This document shows positions 26,197 to 35,999 of a stretch of DNA of 64,000 bases, piece by piece. Each line of letters opens with the position of its first letter. Positions within the stretch are counted from its first letter, which is position 1. Origin of the DNA: an uncultured Pseudomonadales bacterium (GTDB lineage: Bacteria > Patescibacteriota > Microgenomatia > UBA1400 > UBA1396); assembly GCA_964511175.1 (NCBI GenBank), contig CAZEEI010000005.1, positions 3,416-67,415 on the forward strand, in the 5' to 3' direction. Below the pieces are notes generated by a model. It was not told the origin of the DNA. It did no database searches and worked only from the letters and a program-made list of their open reading frames with translations. Made by a program: the position numbers and the translations under genes.

Positions 26197-27117
26197 TTAT
26201 TGAGTTGGGGCAGTTTCAACTGGTTTTTCTGGTGCTGCACCCTCGGTCACACCAATGGTGACGGTTTCGGTCGGCAGCTCTGGCACTGGTGAAGGAGTGG
26301 GTGTAGGCGGGCTAGCCTCGACGGCCGTAGGTTGGTTTACGCCAAATAGATTAGGATTATTAAACTCGGGCGGCGCAGTAGTATCGTCAATGGCGGTGGT
26401 TAAACGATAAGTCATACCGGTAATCAGGGCTAAGGTATCTTGCTGAGCTTTACTAAGAGCGGCCGCTCCTTGTTTGGCTAAATCTTTAGCGTTAAGGGGA
26501 GCATAATAGGTATTTAATAATAAATTGGCAATATAGGAGGTGGTTGGCGTCGAAAAATCCGTTTGGTGTTCCGGATTAAGACTCATCTCCACCACTTCCA
26601 TCAGCGGTAAACTATCTTCAATTAAATCGATGGTCCGCTGGATATCGCTAAACTGACCAACTACCTCCACCGAAAGTGGCATTACTTGAGCCTGGGCGGC
26701 GCGGGCTTGTTTAGTGCGGGTAACACGCCGGGTGGTTTCCGCCGCTTGGGTGGAAATCAATCCCGGATTAAGATCATATTTACCTAAACTGACTTTAGCT
26801 TCGGTAGCCACTGCCTCCAAACTTTGGAGAACCACCAGCGGCTGCTTACCCAAAGGCAAGGCTTGCCCGGCTCGTCTAAATGAATTCTGCTCTTCCGGAC
26901 CAATGTTGGTTAGCAAAGCAGCTCGTTGCTGAATCCGCTGTAAGGATATTTTTTCCCGCGTAATATCGGCTTGCACGACACGTGAACGGGTCCAAAAAGG
27001 CATGGTACCAAAAATAAGGAGAGCGGCGCTGGCGACCAACAACACCACTGCAATAAGTAGATTGCGCCGCTGTAACAGCAACTGACTCCAAAGTCGCCGT
27101 GCCTCCAGTTCAGCCAT
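26197..27117 (-). CDS. pilO: type IV pilus PilO-like protein
   Basis: N-terminal TM, coiled coil, VVGQFSDIQRTIDLIEDSLPL; last gene of the pilMNO block. Confidence 0.7.
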   Translation of the reverse strand: MAELEARRLWSQLLLQRRNLLIAVVLLVASAALLIFGTMPFWTRSRVVQADITREKISLQRIQQRAALLTNIGPEEQNSFRRAGQALPLGKQPLVVLQSLEAVATEAKVSLGKYDLNPGLISTQAAETTRRVTRTKQARAAQAQVMPLSVEVVGQFSDIQRTIDLIEDSLPLMEVVEMSLNPEHQTDFSTPTTSYIANLLLNTYYAPLNAKDLAKQGAAALSKAQQDTLALITGMTYRLTTAIDDTTAPPEFNNPNLFGVNQPTAVEASPPTPTPSPVPELPTETVTIGVTEGAAPEKPVETAPTQ

Positions 27118-27676
27118 TTGATTCCTCCTCAGTCTCCAACTGCACCGACATTTCCAACGAGTAAATCTGGTTTTCGTCACGCTTAATGTCGTTGAGTGCT
27201 AAATTAACAAACTTACTACGCACGTTAGGCGAACGCAAGGTATTAAGGAAACGTTCTACGGTCAGCACATTTTGGGCTTTTACCCGAAAAGTCAGTGTCT
27301 TTTTTTCGTCGTCATAGCTAATCCGGTCAAAGGCGATATCCGCCCTGGCTAGTTCGGCTAAAAACTCCAGCGCCCGCTGCTGCGAACCACGACCGGTTAA
27401 AATACTTTGGAGAATGTTTAGCCGCGCGGCGTATAAAATATAATCTGCTTCACTGCTGGCCTGTTTATTCACTAATGCTTGGGTAGAACGTTGTTGCTGT
27501 TTAATAGTTTCTAACTCCTGCACACTATTCTGTGTCCAAAAGAGTAAACCAATGGTAATCACCACCGCCACCACCGCTACTACAATAGATAATTGCAAAA
27601 TCCGCTTATCTAGCGGTTGGTAACGGAGCGCTCGTTGCCGCCGCTTACGTAGAAAATTAATGCCGTTGCCCGCCAT
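27110..27676 (-). CDS. pilN: type IV pilus PilN-like protein
   Basis: INFL motif, TM and coiled coil; follows pilM. Confidence 0.75.
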   Translation of the reverse strand: MAGNGINFLRKRRQRALRYQPLDKRILQLSIVVAVVAVVITIGLLFWTQNSVQELETIKQQQRSTQALVNKQASSEADYILYAARLNILQSILTGRGSQQRALEFLAELARADIAFDRISYDDEKKTLTFRVKAQNVLTVERFLNTLRSPNVRSKFVNLALNDIKRDENQIYSLEMSVQLETEEESNG

Positions 27677-27680
27677 AGTG

Positions 27681-28700
27681 TTAGCCCTCTTTTAAAGCCA
27701 AACCAGCCGCTACCAAAAATCGGCTGTCTTGGGGTAGTGCCTCCCGGAAAGTAATTTCCTCTAGGCGGCTTAACTCGACGGGAACTACTTCCAGAGACAA
27801 AATTTGGGACAAATAGGGCAATAATTCCGGCAGGTAAAGTGAACCACCACTGACGTAAATGCGGCCTACTGCTTCGCCGGGATGCTGGGTGGTAAAAAAC
27901 CGTAGGGCTTTTTGCAATTCCATTGCCAGAGCATCAATAATCGGGGCCAGAGCGGCCCGCATTCGCCCTTCCAACTGCTGGGCTTGTAAGCCAAAAGTGC
28001 GCTTATACTCTTCTGCCCGGGCGGCATCCAAACCAACGCCGCGTTCAATGGCGCGGGTAAACAGTGTGCCGCCGGAAGGAATCGCTTGGGCAAAATTAAG
28101 GTTGCCGTGCCAAAGCAAAACAATACTGGAACTGGTGGCTCCTAAGTGCAGGTAGGCCGTATTTTCCTCCGGTTGCAACATGAGAGCCAAAACACGCAAT
28201 GTGGCCAAGGTATCGGTTTCCATGAAGGAGACATCTAAGCCTGCATCTAAAAAGATGTCAGCTAAATCGGTAACATACTGTTTCTGCACACCGATAATGA
28301 GCACCTGCATGTCCTGTACCTTGTCTTTAGGATTACTGCGGCGCAAAACCGAGTACTCATACTCCATCTGTTCGAGTGGAATGGGAATATGCTGCTCTAC
28401 CTGCCACTGAATGGCTGAGGCTAATTCGGCGTCAGATAGGGATGGCATTGTTACTACTTTAGTTACCACCATGGACTCAGACAAACCCAACCGCAGATTA
28501 CTAGTCGGCAGATGTTGTTCCTTAAACAAGCTGCTTAACGCCGTAACTAGCTTTTGCCGCTGATCAGCGTCGGTGGGTAAGAGCGAACCGATTGGATTCA
28601 TGGCCTCCGCCGCCCGTTCTACAGCCAGACCACGGCCTTTCTTCTTACCGACCAGTACTTTAATGGCGTACGAACCAAGATCCACACCAACGTTGGGCAT
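27681..28700 (-). CDS. pilM: type IV pilus assembly protein PilM
   Basis: VGVDLGSYAIK actin-like fold, EQHIPIP and VSGGS motifs. Confidence 0.93.
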   Translation of the reverse strand: MPNVGVDLGSYAIKVLVGKKKGRGLAVERAAEAMNPIGSLLPTDADQRQKLVTALSSLFKEQHLPTSNLRLGLSESMVVTKVVTMPSLSDAELASAIQWQVEQHIPIPLEQMEYEYSVLRRSNPKDKVQDMQVLIIGVQKQYVTDLADIFLDAGLDVSFMETDTLATLRVLALMLQPEENTAYLHLGATSSSIVLLWHGNLNFAQAIPSGGTLFTRAIERGVGLDAARAEEYKRTFGLQAQQLEGRMRAALAPIIDALAMELQKALRFFTTQHPGEAVGRIYVSGGSLYLPELLPYLSQILSLEVVPVELSRLEEITFREALPQDSRFLVAAGLALKEG

Positions 28701-28741
28701 ACTCTTATCATAGGGCAAAATCGTACCGGTGCCAAGCAAAA

Positions 28742-29497
28742 TTATTTCAAAATAGTAGCACCGGAAACTAGGGCGTAATCGAAAAGAGCTGGCGCATAAT
28801 CGGTTGTCCGGTCAACTTCAATAGCCTTGGTTTCCCGTCCCAACAGGTTTTTCGCTACCGAACTAATCAGAAACTGCTGCGTGGGAAGGGTCCAGTCCAC
28901 GCCATTCACTAAAATATCAGTATCGTTATAAATGGGAGTAACCCGCAGTGTCACATCACCAGCCTGTAGCGTCAGTAAAACCTGACGCGCCAAAGTGGCA
29001 CCAGTATCACTAATTAAGGTAAAACCGTCGCTGCGCTCACAAATTGCGTACGACTCGTAGCGAGCCACGGGAGTCCCACTGTTATTATTAACCACTGCCA
29101 CCACTAAAGAAGCTGGTGACAACGTACAATCGCTGGTATTGCTCCACTCAATCCGCACCTGTTGGCCAGCGGCGGCGCCAGTTACGTTAACTTCCGCCAC
29201 CGATCCTTGGAGTAACTTGGTATTTAACTGAGTTTGGGAAGTAATGGTGTAAGCTACGTTGGCGTTGGTAACATCGGTATACTGGCCGCTACTGGTCTCC
29301 AGCAGATAATCTTGACCCTGGGAAAGAATGTTTTCTACAGCCGACTCCGCCGCCGTAAAAGTCTGCACAGCTTCCTGGGACTGACGGGAAGTTTGGATGT
29401 CTTGAGTGGTGCGGGCGGCAATCGAAATACCAATCGTCGACAATACCACCATAATCAACAACACCGCAATACCAACTTGGCCGGATCGGGAGTTCAC
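28742..29497 (-). CDS. PilX-like minor pilin
   Basis: GTG start; RSG|QVGIAVLLIMVVL without Glu5; AFTAAES-like motif TFTAAESAVE. Confidence 0.75.
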   Translation of the reverse strand: MNSRSGQVGIAVLLIMVVLSTIGISIAARTTQDIQTSRQSQEAVQTFTAAESAVENILSQGQDYLLETSSGQYTDVTNANVAYTITSQTQLNTKLLQGSVAEVNVTGAAAGQQVRIEWSNTSDCTLSPASLVVAVVNNNSGTPVARYESYAICERSDGFTLISDTGATLARQVLLTLQAGDVTLRVTPIYNDTDILVNGVDWTLPTQQFLISSVAKNLLGRETKAIEVDRTTDYAPALFDYALVSGATILK

Positions 29498-29513
29498 CCT
29501 TTTAGTGTAACAT

Positions 29514-30044
29514 TTATTGGTGAGAGCGCACATAGATATTGCCGGTAAACTCCTGCGCGTAGTAGGCCTCCGGCGAAAGATCTTCCTTATTACCGCTGGC
29601 CACTTTGAAGTAAACATTAAGGTAAGCCCCGTGCGCCGCTGGATCCTGCTGGCAGTCAAAGGTTAAACCAGTAACTTCCACCGTTGGACTGGAAAGGTAG
29701 GCCGCTGGCGGATCAGTCAGCAGGGTGCCGGAGTTAGAGGCGACCCGCTCTTGATCCAAATAAATTTCCACCGTACCGCCATTTTGGTCGACTACACGAA
29801 TCGCCGTCATTTGATTGATACAGACCTGGGAAAATTGGTTGGCTTCCAAATAGCGGGCATTACGGAGCAGGTAGGTGATTGAGCTTAAAATAAAGTCGCC
29901 CTCGCGCCGCACTTGCGAAATAGTATTGGCACGCGTGCTGCGAATCTGGGAAGTTACTAAAACATTCACGGAAACCAAGCTTATGATGGCGGTAATCGCC
30001 ACCACGGTAATCAATTCTATTAAGGAAAAACCGGCGTGCTTCAT
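29514..30044 (-). CDS. minor pilin (PilW-like)
   Basis: KHAG|FSLIELITVVAI prepilin motif. Confidence 0.85.
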   Translation of the reverse strand: MKHAGFSLIELITVVAITAIISLVSVNVLVTSQIRSTRANTISQVRREGDFILSSITYLLRNARYLEANQFSQVCINQMTAIRVVDQNGGTVEIYLDQERVASNSGTLLTDPPAAYLSSPTVEVTGLTFDCQQDPAAHGAYLNVYFKVASGNKEDLSPEAYYAQEFTGNIYVRSHQ

Positions 30045-30523
30045 TCCCAATCCCCCAATACCGTTTCCAGGGTGGTAGTAATGGTGCCAGTTCGACCTGG
30101 CCGGCTGACGCTAACAATAGCCTTTACTTGGTTGGCCGCCGGTAGTTGTAGTTCCACTTGCCGTCGATAGTTGGTTGCGGTAATCACTGTAATTTCATCA
30201 CAAGCGCCTACTTCTAAGGCAATCAGGTCGGCTGAGGAAGAGGCAACCGCCGGCAAACAATAAATGGTGTCATTACCAACGGACGCCAAGTTACCATAAA
30301 AGGTGCCCCAACCCTCTTGGTCCCGGACACTGCGCAACCATTCGATTACCTCCTGAGCGTACTGAGTAGACTTAGTTTGTTCCAGCGATACCCGAGCGTT
30401 ACGCAAAGATTGGATTACGGAGGACAATAGGGCTACCAGTACCAGCGATACCACGGCCGTAGCAAAGGTTACTTCGATCAACGACTGACCGGCTTGGCGA
30501 AAAGAAGGGCAGAATCGGTTCAT
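30041..30523 (-). CDS. minor pilin (PilV-like)
   Basis: QAG|QSLIEVTFA prepilin motif. Confidence 0.8.
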   Translation of the reverse strand: MNRFCPSFRQAGQSLIEVTFATAVVSLVLVALLSSVIQSLRNARVSLEQTKSTQYAQEVIEWLRSVRDQEGWGTFYGNLASVGNDTIYCLPAVASSSADLIALEVGACDEITVITATNYRRQVELQLPAANQVKAIVSVSRPGRTGTITTTLETVLGDWE

Positions 30524-30549
30524 ACTTACCAGGTTACCACGAGCCGGGT

Positions 30550-31050
30550 CTAGGGTGTAAGAATACCGTGGTCTTCTACTACCCCACTCGTCGTAATAAT
30601 AAATTCATAGGGCTGGTCTACCTGATCTAAACGCGAGATGCGTACCGTTACCGGGGCACCAGTGACCGGACCAGGCTGTGCGGGAAAAATGACCGAAAAA
30701 TCATTCTGGAAATACTCCAACTCCCGCAGGCGGCTAACCACTCGCTCATCACTCACGTCCTGACCGTCACAGCGCGGTACTATGCCGTAATCCTGGGTAC
30801 TTTGCGAACCAAAAACACGGTAGCCGTCCAGCGAGTTACAGTCGACCGGCGGCTTATCGCCGGACTGGCTGCGGTTCTGGGCAACCCGCAGTAGAGTAGT
30901 GACGTCGCGCGCCGATTCGGCGCGCGCCTGACGCGTGGAGAGGGAAGAGTAGGCCGCCAAAACACCGGTCAGCATTAATAATCCTAGAGCGGTGGTAACC
31001 AGTAGCTCAATGAGCGTAAAACCGGCTTTAGCGGGGTTGGACGACCACAT
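30550..31050 (-). CDS. minor pilin (FimT/FimU-like)
   Basis: KAG|FTLIELLV prepilin motif. Confidence 0.85.
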   Translation of the reverse strand: MWSSNPAKAGFTLIELLVTTALGLLMLTGVLAAYSSLSTRQARAESARDVTTLLRVAQNRSQSGDKPPVDCNSLDGYRVFGSQSTQDYGIVPRCDGQDVSDERVVSRLRELEYFQNDFSVIFPAQPGPVTGAPVTVRISRLDQVDQPYEFIITTSGVVEDHGILTP

Positions 31051-31528
31051 AAATGTTGCTCCCCGTATAACCATAGGTGCTGCCATTAATGCTGGCATCG
31101 TCGTCATTTTCCAAACGGGTTAACAATTGGTAGCTGGTGTTAGTTAAACGCGTGTAGTTGTAAGTGTAAGTCTGCGTGGATAGATTACTGATTTCTCCTT
31201 CATAATTCGATTTAGGATCAACCGGCAATATTTCTAAATAATCCGGCTGAATACCGGGAATCCAGTCACTATCACAACCGGGCCAAGTGAAATCGCCACC
31301 GCAAACCGTCGATTCGGGATAAATACCATTATATTGTTTGTAAGATTCCAGTGCCGCCTGGGTGTTGGCTAAATCTCGCTTACGGCGGGCGTCACGGGTA
31401 AATCGGCCGGTAGTTACGAAAGAAACCGCCACAATTGCCGCCAACACGGCGATAATCACACCCACCACGAGCATTTCAATAAAAGTGAAACCGGTCTGTT
31501 TAGTCGCTGACACAGTAGATACTGGCAT
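31028..31528 (-). CDS. type IV pilin / GspG-like pseudopilin
   Basis: TG|FTFIEMLVV, RDARRKRDL, ALESY and LPVDP motifs. Confidence 0.88.
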   Translation of the reverse strand: MPVSTVSATKQTGFTFIEMLVVGVIIAVLAAIVAVSFVTTGRFTRDARRKRDLANTQAALESYKQYNGIYPESTVCGGDFTWPGCDSDWIPGIQPDYLEILPVDPKSNYEGEISNLSTQTYTYNYTRLTNTSYQLLTRLENDDDASINGSTYGYTGSNIYVVVQPR

Positions 31529-31961
31529 CGGTTACTCCACAACTAGCACAACTTTGACCGCTGCTAGACTCCATCCGAGCACTCAGCTCATAGGTACAGC
31601 CAGGCAAATTATGCACTCTATAACGATAATAATAGTAATTACCAAATTCGGCGGCAACTAGTGGATCAGTAAACTGATGACTCATAAAATCGGCAGGGAT
31701 GTTCTCTAAAAAGTTGCCGTCAGCACTATATTCATAACCACCCGACTCATTGTTGTAATCCGGATAAGTTCCCATTTCGGCACGGTAATTTTCAATAATC
31801 CCGCGCATTTCTTGAATGTCGGCTTTGCGTTTGGTATCGCGAGCGGTGGCGTTTAACTTGCGGAAACTAACAGCAACGATGGTTAGCAACACGGCCAAAA
31901 TGGTGGTAGAAACCAACAACTCAATTAAGGTGAAACCCGACCTACTGGAGACCTTGGACAC
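31500..31961 (-). CDS. type IV pilin / GspG-like pseudopilin
   Basis: RSG|FTLIELLV and ARDTKRKADI motifs; probable GTG start. Confidence 0.85.
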   Translation of the reverse strand: MSKVSSRSGFTLIELLVSTTILAVLLTIVAVSFRKLNATARDTKRKADIQEMRGIIENYRAEMGTYPDYNNESGGYEYSADGNFLENIPADFMSHQFTDPLVAAEFGNYYYYRYRVHNLPGCTYELSARMESSSGQSCASCGVTDASIYCVSD

Positions 31962-32358
31962 AGAAATAATCCCCCCCCGCTGCCATATCGCTACAGTCGT
32001 TGGCGTTAGCATTACCGCGGCCGGTTTGCTCTAATAAAGCACAGGCACAGTAGTCGGTAACCGAGCAAGTGAGAGAGTATTGGTAATCCACGGTATTTTT
32101 AGGATCAACCGGTAAACCGTTTGGTAGGACATCCACCAATTCAGTATTATTACACTCGGTTGGGTACTGCGTATTCAGAGCATAATATTGTTCGACTGCC
32201 TTCCGTATTCCTTCAACATCTGCCCGTCGCCGCGAATCACGACTATTTTTTTGAGCGGTAGTGAAACTAACCGTGGCTAGAGCCATCAAAATACCCATAA
32301 TCGAAATAGTTACCAACAACTCCAAAAGACTGAAGCCGCGCCGCTGGACATTGCTCAT
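31942..32358 (-). CDS. type IV pilin / GspG-like pseudopilin
   Basis: RRG|FSLLELLV, SRDSRRRADV and LPVDP motifs. Confidence 0.88.
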   Translation of the reverse strand: MSNVQRRGFSLLELLVTISIMGILMALATVSFTTAQKNSRDSRRRADVEGIRKAVEQYYALNTQYPTECNNTELVDVLPNGLPVDPKNTVDYQYSLTCSVTDYCACALLEQTGRGNANANDCSDMAAGGDYFCVQGLQ

Positions 32359-32379
32359 GCTTCCAGTATACACAACTTC

Positions 32380-33306
32380 TTACGGAACCGTAGCGGCGCC
32401 CAATTCAATCGTTAAGCGGTCAATCCGGCTAGCCGCAGCGGCATTACCGTCAACGTCGCGCGCGATTAATTTAACCTGGTAAAGGCAGGGTGGGGTAGCA
32501 CAGGCGTATTCTTTGCTGAATTGGCCGTTACGCTTGCCACTTAACACCTCGGTGGTACCGTCACCATAATCAATGGTTACTTGATCCAACGCCGCCGCCC
32601 GATCGTCAAACACGAAGTTGAACAAAACCAACGCCGTATTTCCGGACAGATTGATCTGGCGTTGTTCGTAATCCAGAGGCGGATCAGTCTGAAACGATAG
32701 TAGTAGCGGACGTTGTTGGCAACTGGTATAACAGGAGGCTGGACAGTCGGTTACGCCGCCGGACTGTAAATCGCCTTTACCCACTTCTTGTACTGGATCG
32801 CAACAACGCAACCCATGCGCTTGACAAACACTCGCTGGCAAATTGGCGCGCAAGTTTGAAATACCCCAGACTTGATTAGCTCGGTCGCCTTCGGCAAAAA
32901 CTAATTTGCGCTGTCCCCACAATTCCAGGGTAATTTCACCCGCCAGCTGCTGGTCGACATAATTGTAAAAGAATCCGGCCGAACCAGTTGTTTTTTTCAC
33001 CCATCCCGGCAATTTTCGGCTGGCTTGCAACCCAGGTGCAGTGCTTAAACAATGTACTTCCAAGTTATAATCACGATCGTTGAGAAAACGTAGTTGAAAA
33101 CCGTCATAACTTTGACCTTCACTAAACTCCTGACTGCAAAGTGTGGCCGCCTCCCGCCAACGCTGGGGGATGGTTAGGGTGCGCACATCGGTAATAACTT
33201 GAGCGCTGGCCCAGTATAAAATTATCTCCCGCCCTCCAAAAAAAACGACGAAAAAAACCATCATTAAAACCACGGCCAAGCGGATCAAGGTGATGAGAAA
33301 GTTCAT
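32380..33306 (-). CDS. membrane-anchored Cys-rich protein with C-terminal PKD-like domain
   Basis: N-terminal TM, clustered Cys, VTIDYGDGT motif. Confidence 0.65.
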   Translation of the reverse strand: MNFLITLIRLAVVLMMVFFVVFFGGREIILYWASAQVITDVRTLTIPQRWREAATLCSQEFSEGQSYDGFQLRFLNDRDYNLEVHCLSTAPGLQASRKLPGWVKKTTGSAGFFYNYVDQQLAGEITLELWGQRKLVFAEGDRANQVWGISNLRANLPASVCQAHGLRCCDPVQEVGKGDLQSGGVTDCPASCYTSCQQRPLLLSFQTDPPLDYEQRQINLSGNTALVLFNFVFDDRAAALDQVTIDYGDGTTEVLSGKRNGQFSKEYACATPPCLYQVKLIARDVDGNAAAASRIDRLTIELGAATVP

Positions 33307-34112
33307 AACTGGCTCAGATACCAGCCTAGCAGAGAATCACCCCACAATAAAGATAATAACGTGCCAATTACTAAAAAGGGACCAAACGGTAAGGGTCGCC
33401 CAAACTTGGCCTTACCGGCCAAGATTAAACCAACTCCAACCACCGCCCCAATGACAAAGGACAAAAATAAAGCCACCCAAACTTGCGGCCAGCCCACAAT
33501 TAGAGCCAGTGGAAAGACTAGTTTAACGTCGCCAAAACCCAAACCGCGCCGGCGCGTAATTAACCACAAACCTAAAAAGATCATGAGGGCCAGCCAAGCG
33601 CCAAACAACGACCTAGCTAAATCAGCCGGTTGGTAAACTCCCCAGGTTACCAGTAATATCCGGTAAACTAGGGTACTTACAGCGAGAGTTAGCACCGCCC
33701 AATCCGGAATAATCATTGCGCGCCAATCAACCACGGTAATCAGTAGTAACAGTAGGCCTACACTCAACCAAAATACAGGCTGGATAACATTCAGAGGCTG
33801 TTGACTTAATTGGAAAAAGGCCGAACCGATCAACCACCACCAGACAAATAATGAACCAAATAGTAATTCTCCTACCGGATGCATCACGTCAATCTCGGCG
33901 TGGCAAGTGCGACAGCGTCCGCGCAGGAAAAAATATGATAGCAGCGGGACTAGCTCATACCATTCCAGCGGGCGGCGGCAGGCATCGCAGCGAGACCGTC
34001 CTCGCACATAATCTTCTCCCGCCAGAGTACGCAAGACGTAAACATTAATAAAGCTACCAACACTGGCTCCCAATAAAAAGATGACTGGCGTTAATAGTAA
34101 TGATAAGTTCAT
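33303..34112 (-). CDS. pilD: prepilin peptidase
   Basis: GSFINV, RSRCDAC, RGRCRTC, GLGFGDVKL and PFGPFL motifs. Confidence 0.95.
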   Translation of the reverse strand: MNLSLLLTPVIFLLGASVGSFINVYVLRTLAGEDYVRGRSRCDACRRPLEWYELVPLLSYFFLRGRCRTCHAEIDVMHPVGELLFGSLFVWWWLIGSAFFQLSQQPLNVIQPVFWLSVGLLLLLITVVDWRAMIIPDWAVLTLAVSTLVYRILLVTWGVYQPADLARSLFGAWLALMIFLGLWLITRRRGLGFGDVKLVFPLALIVGWPQVWVALFLSFVIGAVVGVGLILAGKAKFGRPLPFGPFLVIGTLLSLLWGDSLLGWYLSQL

Positions 34113-34121
34113 TGGACCCGC

Positions 34122-34736
34122 TTACGGTAAACACGTCAAGCAGGTACTTACGTCACTGCTGTCCGTGCAAGTAGCCGGGCAGGCATACGCTTCCACATCC
34201 GCACCTACACCCTCGCTGGTGCAGCGAGTTTGGGCTTCCTGCTGGAAGGCGTTGGATGATGGTGCAAAACAAATATACATGGTGGCGTTGGAAGAGTCGG
34301 ACTTATAAATTAGGTACTCCACCCTAGTGTCGGTTTTGAGCCGACTGACAAACCCCTCCTTAACCTCCGCCGTCTCCGTCAAAACATCCAGCCAGTTCCA
34401 GTCAGTAATTGCGCCGGCAATCGGATTAAGGGTACGCTCGTCAAAAGCAAACTCGTCAACGTAGTCAGTCGAAACGCCTGCCGCCACCGGATCAAAAGTA
34501 GCAGAAACAGCATTCCAAGGGTAAACCTCATGAATGGAAAAATAACGATCCACCGCGTTAATTAGTTGAGCTGCGTCAGAGCGGGTACGCGTATCCCGGC
34601 CTTTATTGATTTGTTCAATCGGGTTAATCGAAGACAAAACTGCCACGGCCAAGACACCGATAACCGCAATAACCACCAATAGCTCGATCATGGTAAAACC
34701 CAATGAGCGGCAACGACGAGTAAAAGATGTGATCAT
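34122..34736 (-). CDS. type IV pilin, probable major pilin
   Basis: LG|FTMIELLVVIAVIGVLA and INPIEQINKGRD; has its own consensus promoter and RBS. Confidence 0.9.
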   Translation of the reverse strand: MITSFTRRCRSLGFTMIELLVVIAVIGVLAVAVLSSINPIEQINKGRDTRTRSDAAQLINAVDRYFSIHEVYPWNAVSATFDPVAAGVSTDYVDEFAFDERTLNPIAGAITDWNWLDVLTETAEVKEGFVSRLKTDTRVEYLIYKSDSSNATMYICFAPSSNAFQQEAQTRCTSEGVGADVEAYACPATCTDSSDVSTCLTCLP

Positions 34737-34761
34737 AATCCACCAACCTCAACTAATATTA

Positions 34762-34790
34762 AGAGTAGGGACTCTCCTTTGGCTTGTCAA
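34762..34790 (-). promoter_or_regulatory. sigma70-type promoter of the probable major pilin
   Basis: Minus strand TTGACA-17nt-TACTCT, then a leader with GAGGT before ATG 34736. Confidence 0.75.
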
Positions 34791-34792
34791 GA

Positions 34793-35995
34793 TCAAAACT
34801 GCGACGTAAGGTTATAAATCGGCATCACGATCGCAACAATAAGAAAACCTACCCCAATACCTAAAACAATCATTATCAGTGGTTCCAGCGCGGTAGTTAA
34901 ACCTTTGATGGCGTATTCCGATTCCCGCTCATAGTAAGTGGCTAATTTAGTTAAAACCTCATCAAGCTGGCCAGTTTCTTCACCAACCGCCACCATTTGC
35001 GGTAAAAGGACTGGGAACACTGCCGATTTTTCCAAGGAGTGACTGAGCGAGCGCCCCTTTTCTACATCCTGACGGGCCTCTTGCACGGCGCGCCGGTAAA
35101 CCAAATTATCAATACCGCCAATGACAATATCCAGTGCTTCCAACAGAGAAATACCAGCGGAGACCAGTAACGACAGCGTACGAGCAAACTCAGTCACTAA
35201 AACCTTTTGGCGCAAATTGCCAAAAACCGGCACCTTGAGCAATAGTTGGTCGAATTGATACTGACCTTGGGCAGTGCGGTGCCAAGCCCGAAAAACAAAT
35301 CCTCCCAAAAAAACAAAACCTAACACGATATACCATTGCGTGGCAAAAAAGTTGGAAATATTAATCAAAACTTGGGTGGGACCAGGCAGGTCGGCGCCAA
35401 AATCTTCATACATGGCGGTCATTTTAGGTACTACAAAAATCAGCATCACCACTGCCACAATTAACATGGCAATCATCACAATGATTGGATAAATTAGTGC
35501 GCCCTTCGTTTTAGAACGAAAATCTTTTTGTTTTTCCAGCGTGTCGGCCAAACGCATGAGAATTGTGTCCAAAGCACCTGCCGCCTCGCCGGCCTGTACT
35601 AGCGAAATAAAAACTTTATCAAAAATCTTACCCTGTTTGGCTAGGGCCGCACCCAAGTTAGACCCGCCCTCAACATCCCGCTGCAAAGCCCGGATTACTT
35701 TTTGCATAGCTGGTGAAGATTGATTTTCCAAAATATGAAAGGCCTGGATTAAAGGTAGACCGGCATTAATCATGGTTGCTAGCTGTCGCGTAAAGTTAAC
35801 AATATCGTCGGTTTTAACCCGGGCAAACAGATTTTGGAACTCGGCTAAGCCAGTACTACCGCTCGCTCGCAGGGAAACAATAAAAAAATTACGTTCCCGC
35901 AAAATGTTGGCCGCCACGACTTCGCTTTTGGCTTCAACTTTACCTTTTACCTTCTGGCCATTTTGACCTCGAGCAACGTAAACAAAAGTGGGCAT
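34793..35995 (-). CDS. pilC: type IV pilus platform protein PilC
   Basis: FTRQLATMINAGLPL, GEETGQLDEVL and LEPLIMIVLG motifs. Confidence 0.96.
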   Translation of the reverse strand: MPTFVYVARGQNGQKVKGKVEAKSEVVAANILRERNFFIVSLRASGSTGLAEFQNLFARVKTDDIVNFTRQLATMINAGLPLIQAFHILENQSSPAMQKVIRALQRDVEGGSNLGAALAKQGKIFDKVFISLVQAGEAAGALDTILMRLADTLEKQKDFRSKTKGALIYPIIVMIAMLIVAVVMLIFVVPKMTAMYEDFGADLPGPTQVLINISNFFATQWYIVLGFVFLGGFVFRAWHRTAQGQYQFDQLLLKVPVFGNLRQKVLVTEFARTLSLLVSAGISLLEALDIVIGGIDNLVYRRAVQEARQDVEKGRSLSHSLEKSAVFPVLLPQMVAVGEETGQLDEVLTKLATYYERESEYAIKGLTTALEPLIMIVLGIGVGFLIVAIVMPIYNLTSQF

Positions 35996-35999
35996 AAGC

